This document shows, piece by piece, positions 46,011 through 54,170 of a DNA stretch of 64,000 bases (positions within the stretch are counted from its first letter, which is position 1; every line of letters starts with the position of its first letter). The notes below the pieces were generated by a model. The model made no database searches, was not told the DNA's origin, and saw only the letters and a list, made by a program, of their open reading frames with translations. Location: the NCBI GenBank assembly GCA_963849325.1, contig CAWKHF010000004.1, forward strand, positions 384,001-448,000. Direction: 5' to 3'. The stretch comes from an uncultured Planctomycetota bacterium. GTDB taxonomy: Bacteria > Planctomycetota > Planctomycetia > Gemmatales > Gemmataceae. A program made the position numbers and the translations under genes.

Positions 46011-47551
46011 GACGAAGAATCTTCATGGTGCCGTGCCCATCCAAATATATTTGTCCGAGTCTGAAGCGTAAGCGAAGGGAACCTCTTCGCTTACGCTTCC
46101 GGCTCGGAGGGGTTCGGCGCAGGCGCGCCGGGCTGCTCGGAATTGCCCTGATAACGGCGCTGTCCTTCGCTGCCCCTACTCGCGCTTCCGATTGGCCTCA
46201 GTTCCGCGGTCCCAACTGTTCCGGCCGTGCTCCCGCTAGCGAGCGGCTGCCCGACCGCATCGGGCCGTCGGTGAACGTGGTCTGGAAGACGGCACTGCCG
46301 CCGGGACACTCCTCTCCCATCGTGGTCGGCGACCGCGTTTACCTTACCGCCGTCCAGGAGAAGCGGCTGCTCACCCTCGCGCTGGACCGCAAGGATGGCC
46401 GCGTTCTCTGGCAGAGAGAGGCGCCGGCCCCTGTGCTGGAGACGGTGCATCGCATTGGCAGTCACGCCCAGTCCACGCCGGCCGCCGACGGTGCGGGCGT
46501 CGTCAGCTTCTTCGGCTCGTGCGGCCTGTTCGGTTACGACCGCGACGGCAAGCTCCTCTGGCACCGCGCCATGGGTCCGTTCAAGAACGACTTCGGGGCC
46601 GGCAGCTCGCCCGTCCTCGCCGGCGACAAGGTGCTGCTCAGTCAAGATCACGACCAGGGTTCCTTCCTCATGGCCCTCGACAAGCGTAGCGGCGAGACGC
46701 TCTGGAAGACGGATCGCTCCGAGTTCCTGCGCGGCTACTGCACGCCGGTGGTCTGGGACGTCGCCGGGCGGAAACAGGTCGTGGTGGCGGGCACGCTGCG
46801 CGTGGCGGGCTACGACCTGGACAACGGCAAGGAGATCTGGACCGTTCGCGGCATCGCCCGCACCATCTGCATGACCCCCGTGGTCGGCGACGATGGCCGG
46901 CTCTACGCGGCAGGCTGGTCGGCGGGCGGCGACGCCGGCGCGCGCATCGAGGTGGAGCCGTTCGACGCCGTCGTCAAGCGGCTGGACAAAAACGGCAACG
47001 GCAAACTCGAGTCCGAGGAGTTGAAGACCGGCCCGATCGCCGAGCGCTTTACCCAGGTGGACGTGGACAAGGACGGCTCCATCACGCGGCAGGAGTACGA
47101 GCGCTTCCGCGGGCTGTTCCGAGAGGGACGAAACGTCGTGCTGGCCATTCGTCCGGGCGGCACGGGGGATGCGACGGACTCGCACGTCGCCTGGAGGAAT
47201 ACTCGATACGTACCCTTCTGTGCCTCGCCGCTGTACCTCGACGGACTGGTGTACACGGTCAAGGACGGCGGCTTCCTGTCCAGCCTGGACGCCCGCGATG
47301 GCGAGTTGGTCCGGCGCGACCGGCTGCCGGGCGGCGGCAACTATTACAGTTCGCCGGTGGCGGGCGACGGCAAGATTTATCTGCTCAATGAACGAGGACG
47401 GCTGACGGTGGTGCAGGCCGGCCGCGACTGGCGGGTGCTCGGCGCCAGCGATTTCGAGGAGGATACCTACGCCACGCCGGCCATCGCGGGTGGACGGATC
47501 TATCTGCGCACCGCCGGTCATCTGTATTGCTTCGGGCTGCCGACGCCGTGA
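46007..47551 (+). CDS. PQQ-binding-like beta-propeller protein with an EF-hand insert
   Basis: DWPQFRGP, GHSSP, YYSSPV, ATPAI; DKNGNGKL and DVDKDGSI. Confidence 0.88.
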   Translation: MRRRIFMVPCPSKYICPSLKRKRREPLRLRFRLGGVRRRRAGLLGIALITALSFAAPTRASDWPQFRGPNCSGRAPASERLPDRIGPSVNVVWKTALPPGHSSPIVVGDRVYLTAVQEKRLLTLALDRKDGRVLWQREAPAPVLETVHRIGSHAQSTPAADGAGVVSFFGSCGLFGYDRDGKLLWHRAMGPFKNDFGAGSSPVLAGDKVLLSQDHDQGSFLMALDKRSGETLWKTDRSEFLRGYCTPVVWDVAGRKQVVVAGTLRVAGYDLDNGKEIWTVRGIARTICMTPVVGDDGRLYAAGWSAGGDAGARIEVEPFDAVVKRLDKNGNGKLESEELKTGPIAERFTQVDVDKDGSITRQEYERFRGLFREGRNVVLAIRPGGTGDATDSHVAWRNTRYVPFCASPLYLDGLVYTVKDGGFLSSLDARDGELVRRDRLPGGGNYYSSPVAGDGKIYLLNERGRLTVVQAGRDWRVLGASDFEEDTYATPAIAGGRIYLRTAGHLYCFGLPTP

Positions 47552-47871
47552 GCCGTACAAACTTCTGCCTCGGAACAGTTTGGCAAATCTGCGTACCATT
47601 CAACCGCTGCTCGCCTACTTCGGCCGCGAGTTGTCCAAGCCATGACCGTAAGAAGCTCCAAGAAGAAGAGCCTCACGCAAAGGCGCAAAGAACGCAAAGG
47701 AAAAGAGTAAAGAAAGGTCAAAACGGCTCGCGCCTATTATTTGTCTTTCTTTGCGTTCTTTGCGCCTTTGCGTGAGGCTCTTCTTCTTGTTCGTCGTCTC
47801 GGCGTTCGCTAAGTTAGGGGCGGGACCATCTCGCACCGGTCCACGCCTGCCTTCCCTGCCGAGACGCACTC

Positions 47872-49353
47872 GTGAACGACACTTCCGATTCCGTTGCGGT
47901 CCACGCGGCCCGGCCGACGCGCGTGCGGCACCTGGTCCTGGCGGCGCTGTGCGCCATTACGACCATCAACTACATCCAGCGCAACAGCCTCGGCGGCGCG
48001 GAGACGACGGTTCGCGCCGACCTCGAATTGACGAAACAAGACACCGGCGATGCGATGGGCGCCTTCTTCCTGACGTACGCCCTGTGTCAGGTGCCCAGCG
48101 GCTGGTTGGCCCAGCGCTGGGGCGGGCGACGCGCGTTGACGTGGTATGCGGCGGGCTGGTCGATCGTGATGGCGTTCACGGCCGCGGCCTCGAACTTGCC
48201 CGCCCTTATGAGTGCGCGCTGGGCGATGGGCGCCTTGCAGGCCGGCATTTTCCCCTGCTGCACGATGATCTTGGCCTCGTGGTATCCGGTCACGCGCCGC
48301 GGCTTCACCTCGGCCCTGCTCAACAGCTTCATGCTCAGCGGCGGCGTTCTCGCCTCCTGGATGACCGGCAAGCTGATCGGGCCACTGGGGTGGCGCTGGC
48401 TGTTCTTGCTGTATGCCCTGCCGGGCCTGGCGTGGGCCTACTGGTTCGCCCGATGGTTCCGCAATCGGCCCCAGGAGCATCCCTCGGTGAACCCAGCGGA
48501 GCTAGCGATCATTTCTCCGCGGACCGTCAACGTGCCGGCATCCAACGCCTTCGATTCCGGCCGGCCGGCCCAGAGCTTTGCCGACGCCGCGGAGCCAGAC
48601 GAAAGCATCGCGGCCAACCGAGAGGCGCTCTCGACCGAGCAATCCCCGAAGCCGCTCTGGGTTCGCGAGCGCGACGCCGAAGTCCGCGACCTGGTCCAGC
48701 GCAGTGCTGAAGCCGTCGATTCCCTGGGCCGCGATTTTCCTCAGTTCGGCGCTGTGGTTGATCTGCATCCAGCAATTCTGTCGATCCGGGCGCTGCGCTT
48801 CTTCGACATGTGGCTGCCAACCTACTTGCAGGAAGTGCGCGGTCAATCGGTGAAGGATGCCAATTATTTGACCAGTCTGCCGTTGTTAGCCGGCATGATC
48901 GGCGGTCCCGTCGGCGGCATTCTCTCCGATTTCGTGCTGGCGCGCACGAGAAGTCGCCGGGCCGCTCGGCAGGGCGTGGCCATCGGCGGCATCCTGGGGG
49001 GTCTGCTCGTCTACGTGCTGGCGTATCAAGTCTCGGACTTGACTGGGGCCGTGCTGCTCGCCTGCCTCGGCCTGTTCATCATGACGTTCTCCTCGCCCTG
49101 CGCGTATGCGCTGTCGATGGACATGGGCGGCCGCAATCTCGCGGTGATCTTCGCCATGATGAACATGGCCGGCAACCTGGGTTCGTGGGCCTTCACCAAG
49201 TTCGTTCCGCGCGTCGTGAACGGACGCGGCTGGGAGACTGCCCTGCTCATCTTCGCCGCCATGCACGTCGTCGCCATCGTCTGTTGGCTGCTGCTCAACC
49301 CTAACGGGATTATCGGCGAATCGGCCGACGCCATGACCGCTTCCAAGGAGTGA
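47872..49353 (+). CDS. MFS transporter (anion:cation symporter-like; internal frameshifts)
   Basis: INYIQR, QVPSGWLAQRWG, WFRNRP, WLPTYL. Confidence 0.85.
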   Translation: MNDTSDSVAVHAARPTRVRHLVLAALCAITTINYIQRNSLGGAETTVRADLELTKQDTGDAMGAFFLTYALCQVPSGWLAQRWGGRRALTWYAAGWSIVMAFTAAASNLPALMSARWAMGALQAGIFPCCTMILASWYPVTRRGFTSALLNSFMLSGGVLASWMTGKLIGPLGWRWLFLLYALPGLAWAYWFARWFRNRPQEHPSVNPAELAIISPRTVNVPASNAFDSGRPAQSFADAAEPDESIAANREALSTEQSPKPLWVRERDAEVRDLVQRSAEAVDSLGRDFPQFGAVVDLHPAILSIRALRFFDMWLPTYLQEVRGQSVKDANYLTSLPLLAGMIGGPVGGILSDFVLARTRSRRAARQGVAIGGILGGLLVYVLAYQVSDLTGAVLLACLGLFIMTFSSPCAYALSMDMGGRNLAVIFAMMNMAGNLGSWAFTKFVPRVVNGRGWETALLIFAAMHVVAIVCWLLLNPNGIIGESADAMTASKE

Positions 49354-49566
49354 ATATCAGGCTGGGCCAGTGGATCTGCTCTCTCGCGGGCGCTCTGGCC
49401 GCGATCTATCGTCTGGCCGGGGCCGCCGATCATTTGCAGCGCAAGTGATCCTCTTGCCCCGTGGAGAGAATCTTCGATTTTTGGTGAACCATTTGCCGCC
49501 GTCCGCGTCTATCCAATGTGTGAGGACGAGCGATCCCAGCAATGGATCGCGGAACCTGGTCCCGAG

Positions 49567-49671
49567 ATGACAATGCATAAGGATTGCGGATTACGAAGGA
49601 AGGACCAATCGGCCAGGCATCTGGCTGATCGATGGGCGAATGGCCTCCCCGCTCATCCTCCGCGCTGGTGA
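49567..49671 (+). CDS. Putative 34-aa leader peptide of the tRNA array
   Basis: MTMHKDCGLRRKDQSARHLADRWANGLPAHPPRW; contains a 12-nt segment complementary to the downstream terminator. Confidence 0.55.
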   Translation: MTMHKDCGLRRKDQSARHLADRWANGLPAHPPRW

Positions 49672-49701
49672 CACCAAGCTCCTTGGGAAAGGCGGCTTGC
49701 G

Positions 49702-49740
49702 AGGCCAGGTGTCACCACGAGATGCCTGGCCTTTTTGTTT
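49702..49740 (+). terminator. Intrinsic terminator immediately 5' of the first array tRNA
   Basis: AGGCCAGGTGTC-ACCACGA-GATGCCTGGCCT followed by TTTTGTTT. Confidence 0.75.
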
Positions 49741-49813
49741 GGGCTGGTAGCTGAGATGGTTGTAGCGGCGGTCTGAAGAACCGCAGACGAGGATTCGAGC
49801 GCCTCCCGGCCCA
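49741..49813 (+). tRNA. tRNA-Phe(GAA), atypical
   Basis: GGGCTGG/CCGGCCC acceptor stem; GCGGT-CTGAAGA-ACCGC anticodon arm. Confidence 0.75.
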
Positions 49814-49898
49814 CTCGGACAAATGGATTCGGTGTTCGGATCAGGAGAACAACCATGCCACAACTTTCTCGCTTCAAACGTCGCGCCCTCCCCTATTG

Positions 49899-49970
49899 GG
49901 GGTCGTGGCGTAAAGGCAGCGCACAAGTCTTTTAAACTTGGAGGTGTGGGTTCGACTCCCACCGGCCCCA
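49899..49970 (+). tRNA. tRNA-Lys(TTT)
   Basis: CAAGT-CTTTTAA-ACTTG; GGTTCGACTCC T-arm. Confidence 0.85.
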
Positions 49971-49995
49971 ATGCTCTGATGGACAGTGAATAGAC

Positions 49996-50067
49996 AAGTC
50001 CGAGGTGTTAGCGGCAGCATAACCGGCTCCAACCCGGACGGTGAGGGTTCAAGTCCCTCCGGACTTG
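49996..50067 (+). tRNA. tRNA-Trp(CCA)-like, A8
   Basis: AAGTCCG/CGGACTT acceptor stem; CCGG-CTCCAAC-CCGG. Confidence 0.7.
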
Positions 50068-50090
50068 CTGATGATTGCTTGGCGACCGAT

Positions 50091-50162
50091 GAGTCCAAGG
50101 TGTTAGCGGCAGCATTTTCGGCTCTTACCCGAACGGTGAGGGTTCAAGTCCCTCTGGGCTCA
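50091..50162 (+). tRNA. tRNA-Lys(CTT)-like, A8
   Basis: GAGTCCA/TGGGCTC acceptor stem; TTCGG-CTCTTAC-CCGAA. Confidence 0.72.
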
Positions 50163-50182
50163 CGGTTTGGATTGTCTTCGTG

Positions 50183-50255
50183 CAGCGTGTGGGGTAGCGG
50201 AGTGCCCGCCACCTCGGGAGGGTGGAGAACGCTGGTTCAAATCCAGCCACGCTGA
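50183..50255 (+). tRNA. tRNA-Pro(GGG), C33
   Basis: CAGCGTG/CACGCTG acceptor stem; CCACC-TCGGGAG-GGTGG. Confidence 0.75.
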
Positions 50256-50302
50256 CTGTAATCATTGGCCCTCCGCTTCGTATCAGAGGATGGAGAGATC
50301 GC

Positions 50303-50376
50303 CGAGGTGTGGGGTAGCGGGAGTGCCCGCCTGCTTCGGAGGCAGGAGAACGCTGGTTCAAGTCCAGCCACCTCGA
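50303..50376 (+). tRNA. tRNA-Pro(CGG)
   Basis: CGAGGTG/CACCTCG acceptor stem; CCTGC-TTCGGAG-GCAGG. Confidence 0.8.
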
Positions 50377-50428
50377 CTTCGCCGCCCGGGCCGACCGCCC
50401 ACGGCCCGGGCGGCTGGCAGGGGCGAAG

Positions 50429-50502
50429 GCCCAGCTGCGCCAAGCGGCAGAGCGACCCGGCTTAAACCCGAGTGGATGAGGGTTCGACTCCCTCGCTGGG
50501 CA
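50429..50502 (+). tRNA. tRNA-Leu(TAA)-like with a short variable region
   Basis: GCCCAGC/GCTGGGC acceptor stem; loop CTTAAAC. Confidence 0.72.
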
Positions 50503-50518
50503 ACGGCACGAATCCTAC

Positions 50519-50592
50519 GGCCTGCAAGCTCAAACAGTTCGAGCAGCCGGTTGTCAACCGGAAGGGTGCGGGTGCGAGTCCCGTGCGGGCCG
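50519..50592 (+). tRNA. tRNA-Asp(GTC), atypical T-loop
   Basis: GGCCTGC/GCGGGCC acceptor stem with G73; CCGG-TTGTCAA-CCGG; T-loop TGCGAGT. Confidence 0.72.
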
Positions 50593-50602
50593 CTGCAACG
50601 AT

Positions 50603-50678
50603 TGCGGAGTGGACTGGAGGCAGTTTCCAGCACGGTCTCATACGCCGTCCGACGCCGGTGCAACTCCGGCCTCCGCAA
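50603..50678 (+). tRNA. tRNA-Met/Ile2(CAT), atypical T-loop
   Basis: TGCGGAG/CTCCGCA acceptor stem; ACGGT-CTCATAC-GCCGT. Confidence 0.72.
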
Positions 50679-50695
50679 CTGATTTCGGGTAAGAG

Positions 50696-50774
50696 GGCCG
50701 AGTACGCAAATCCGGCAAAGCGGCCAGGTCGAGAGCCTGGTGATCGATTGCGGGTTCGACTCCCGCCTCGGCTA
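50696..50774 (+). tRNA. tRNA-Leu(GAG), C33 (the alternative register would give Ser CGA)
   Basis: GGCCGAG/CTCGGCT acceptor stem with A73; CCAGG-TCGAGAG-CCTGG. Confidence 0.7.
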
Positions 50775-50863
50775 CTGATGACAGAAGGATGTCCGCGGTC
50801 GGCAGGAAAGACAGGCCGGGCGCCCGCGCCGATTGTCGTCTGTCGCCGGCCCTTCTGCATCGT

Positions 50864-50936
50864 GGTCCCGTAGTTCAACGGCTTGAACACCCGGCCCACA
50901 TCCGGGGACGAGATGGTTCGACTCCATCCGGGATCA
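50864..50936 (+). tRNA. tRNA-Val(CAC), C33
   Basis: GGTCCCG/CGGGATC acceptor stem; CCCGG-CCCACAT-CCGGG. Confidence 0.75.
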
Positions 50937-50941
50937 CTGTC

Positions 50942-51012
50942 GGGTTGCTCGTCCAAGGGAAAGACGCCGGTATCGCAAGCCGGAAATCGGGGTTCAACTC
51001 CCCGGCGGTCCA
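50942..51012 (+). tRNA. tRNA-Ala(CGC)
   Basis: G3:U70 pair; CCGGT-ATCGCAA-GCCGG. Confidence 0.75.
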
Positions 51013-51020
51013 TTGACATG

Positions 51021-51091
51021 GGGCCTATCGTCCAACGGGAGGACGCCAGCTCGGCAGACTGAAAATCCGGGTTCAATCCCCGGTGGGTCCA
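51021..51091 (+). tRNA. tRNA-Ala(GGC), C33
   Basis: G3:U70 pair; loop TCGGCAG; weak anticodon stem. Confidence 0.68.
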
Positions 51092-51103
51092 CTCTCCCTT
51101 GTC

Positions 51104-51175
51104 ACCCCGATGGTGAAATGGACATCATCCCTCGCTTCGAACGAGACGTTCTGGGTTCGACTCCCGGTCGGGGTA
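51104..51175 (+). tRNA. tRNA-Arg(TCG)
   Basis: ACCCCGA/TCGGGGT acceptor stem; CTCG-CTTCGAA-CGAG. Confidence 0.8.
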
Positions 51176-51199
51176 ATTCCGTATTCTCCCCTCTCCTCC

Positions 51200-51672
51200 G
51201 GCCAGGAAGCCGCCCCCTGGTGGGGGAATAGCCCGCTTTGCTTCACGGCGTCCAGACCCTCCCGCAGTTCAGTCCGCAACCGACGCTCGATCTCTTCCTT
51301 GCGGGAGTCGTACCCAAAGATTGCCTCAGCGCGTGCGAGGGTCCACCACAGGGAGCGTTCCTCGGCGGATTCACCCGGATACTCGTCGAGATGAATGCGA
51401 TGGTTCGGGGGTCGCTCCTCGTTCAAGGCTCGCAAGGCGGCGGCGGCCTCCGGCAAGGACAAGCGCCCCTCGATCAAATCGACGACGACCGCTTCCATCG
51501 CCTTCGAGTTCGCCTGCACGAGTTCACCATCCTCCTGGAGACGTTCGCGGTCCTGGGCCGTCTGCCACCAGTCGGCGAAGGCTTGTCGGCCGTCAGTGGA
51601 CAAGGCGATGCCGGCGTACAGTACAATCGGCAGCGAGGCCGTGAGCGCGAGAAACCGGAATGCTACCGTCAT
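51200..51672 (-). CDS. Hypothetical protein with an N-terminal signal/TM segment (3' end uncertain)
   Basis: MTVAFRFLALTASLPIVLYAG...LIEGRLSLPEAAAALRALN. Confidence 0.55.
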
Positions 51673-52160
51673 TCTGCGTACCCCCAAAAAGGCAGCGGGG
51701 TCCGACCGTCATTCACCGCTATTCTGATAAACGGCCGAAAGAGCTGTTTGGAGACAGGGCAGGATGCGATTCTCCGCGCCGACGCGAAATGAACTCCGGA
51801 TGTCGAGCCGGTTGAGAGAGGAAGAGATGGTGAAAAAGGATGCGAGCGGAGGCGACAGAACGGCAATTGAACTTTTTATCGCCGGCATCCAGGGCTGGGA
51901 AGCCGGCTTGCGGCAGATTATCTCGGGGAAATCGAGCAGCGACACGCAATCGTAAATCATTGTGTGATCTTTGCTTCCGAACAGACTCTCGGCATGGAGG
52001 GCCGACCGCGCGGCAGTCTACCCAGAAATCGACTCTTACGAATCTCATCTCCCGCGCCGATTCCTCCAATCCGCTCATCCCCCTCTGATCGGCGTATTCG
52101 GCAGGACCATACCGCTCCTTTCCTCTTGCCGCCAGTACGAGACGGTACGAACATGAGGAT

Positions 52161-52769
52161 ATGGCCTTCCCCTGGTGGTTCCTCCTCGGTCTCAACCGCA
52201 TGAAACTCTTCTCCGCGATCCGTTGGGTTCTCCGCCTCCTCTTGCTGCCCCGCAGCCAACTCGTCCTGGAGAATCTGGCCCTGCGTCAACAACTGGCCAT
52301 CTTCAGCCGACAGCGGCCACGACCATCGCTGCGCCGCCGCGACCGACTCTTCTGGATCTGCCTATCGCGGTGGTACTCAGGGTGGCGCTCAGTATTGGTC
52401 CTCGTACAACCGGACACGGTCCTCCGCTGGCACCAGCAGGGCTTCCGTCTGTGGTGGCGCTGGAAGTCCCGGAGGAAGCGAGCGGGGCGTCCGCCGCTGG
52501 ACAAGGAAGTCCGTGACCTCATCGGCCGCATGGCTCGTGAAAACCCGACCTGGGGCGTTCCGCGTATCCGGGCCGAACTGCGCCTGCTGGGCCATGACGT
52601 CGCCGAAGCCACCGTGGCCAAGTATCGGCCGCAGCCACGTCATCCCAAGCCGCCGTCGCAGACCTGGCGGACATTCTTGAGGAACCACGCCGGCACGCTG
52701 GCTTCGATGGATTTATTCGTGGTGCCCACGATCACATTTGATCGGCTCTGCTTGCCCATCGCGTCGTAG
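52161..52769 (+). mobile_element. Truncated integrase-core (DDE) transposase remnant
   Basis: LENLALRQQL, VQPDTVLRWH, MARENPTWG.PRI, SQTWRTFLRNHA; breaks off after MDLFVVPTITF. Confidence 0.8.
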
Positions 52770-52821
52770 CCAGCGCTGCCCGTTCGAGTGGAAGTCAGCG
52801 TCATTCGCCCTGGACTCCTTC

Positions 52822-53121
52822 TTATCCTTGTCCGTCACCGTTGTAAGAATAGGTGTAGGTAGCGATCGGACCTCGCGTGTCCTCCGCGAGGGGCGCCAGC
52901 GGGAGAGGGAGGGTGGAATACTCTTCCACGCGAACGAACCCGCTCATGCCATCGTAGGTATAGCTGTAGGCGGAATCACATTCGCTCCGCTCGCGGAGGT
53001 CGGCCGCGGGGGGTCGTCGGGGAGCGGTGGCGGTTCGGGCCGGACGCGGGCAGAGCCAGGCGGTCAAGCCAGCTAACACGCTGCCCAGTAGGCGGCGGCG
53101 AGAGAGTCGATCTGTACTCAT
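52822..53121 (-). CDS. Small protein with a Tat-like leader and YxYxY(D/N) motifs
   Basis: MSTDRLSRRRLLGSVLAGLTAWL; YSYTYDG; TYTYSYNG; GGAGGA RBS. Confidence 0.55.
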   Translation of the reverse strand: MSTDRLSRRRLLGSVLAGLTAWLCPRPARTATAPRRPPAADLRERSECDSAYSYTYDGMSGFVRVEEYSTLPLPLAPLAEDTRGPIATYTYSYNGDGQG

Positions 53122-53379
53122 GGCAAATCCTCCAGAAAAGCAACGGTTCCTGAGACGAATGACGCTGACTTAAGACCTACTTTCCGTGAAAACCTAACAC
53201 GCATTGTCAATGGGCGCTCCATAGCCGTGTGGATTTCTTCGTGGAGTGATCACGCCTTGCAACGTCTTACGCTTGTCCGCAGGCGACGGCCGACGCTCCT
53301 CCCTGTCCCACGGCGAACGGCTCCGATCCACCAACTCGGCCTCGTCACGCGACGACGCCCACGCCTCCACCACTCTGTA

Positions 53380-54170
53380 CAGTACCCGGTTGGCCAGCGT
53401 GCCGGAGAACGGCGCCGGGAAGGCGGGTATGCCGCTGGTGCCGTTGGCGTCCGTGTATGTCCCCGAACCCGAGTACGACCACGAGGTGCCGCCGCTCTCC
53501 GAGCCGTCCAGGTCGTCGTCGTCCTCGCCATCGCTGCTGTCCGAATAGTTGTCTTGCAGCGTCGTCGTGCCGCTGCTGCTGGTCGTGCGTGTGTAGGCGC
53601 CGGTGGAACTGTTGCCCGATTCGGTGATGGTGCTGTTAGTGGTGCTGGTCTCGGTGTAGGAAGCGCTGCCGCTGGACGTGATGGTCGTGTCCTGGATGGT
53701 GATGCTACTGCTGCTGCTGCCGCTGCCAGAATATGCGCCGTCGAGTCGTTGCCCGACTGCTGCCACGACTGCGTCGCGCTGCTGCTGGCGCTCAGGGTCG
53801 AGGTGCCGGCGCTGTTGGTCGCCGTCTGCTGCACGCTGCTATGGGTCGTGGTCGTGGTCGTCTGGCTGTTGTCGCCGGTGGACTCGTCGTCGCTGTTGCT
53901 GCTGGTGCCGCTGGTCGTGCTGGTCTGCGTCAGGGTGAAGTTGGTGTTCGTGGCCAGGTCTTCGCCGCTCTCCGTGATGGTCGTGCCGCCGCCGCTGGTC
54001 GTGGTCAGCGCATCGCTGCCGGCGTCGTCGTCCTCAACCCAGTTGCCCGAGCTGTTGATGGTTTCGACGCTGACGGGGTTGCCTGTCGTGTCCATCCAGC
54101 CGCTCTCGATGATGGTGCCGCTGCCCGATACCGCTCCCGAGACCGTGAACGAACCGGAGCCGGAATAGCC
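53380..54170 (-). pseudogene. Third, rearranged carrier-protein fragment (no start codon, no toxin tip)
   Basis: Near-identical to 57160-57785 and 60060-60680, joined to a piece of the 130-aa repeat. Confidence 0.75.

Noticed and set aside
49486-49514. GAACC-N16-GTCTA as an ECF promoter for the tRNA leader
   Set aside because: The spacing is plausible but the motif is too short to support without transcription start data
49741-51175. tRNA-Sec or a suppressor tRNA in the array
   Set aside because: No TCA, CTA or TTA anticodon was found in a 7-nt loop and none has a Sec-type long arm
49591-51394. ORFs called across the tRNA array
   Set aside because: They are translations of tRNA sequence (e.g. 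GVEPT, GLEP, GFEP from T-arms), not proteins
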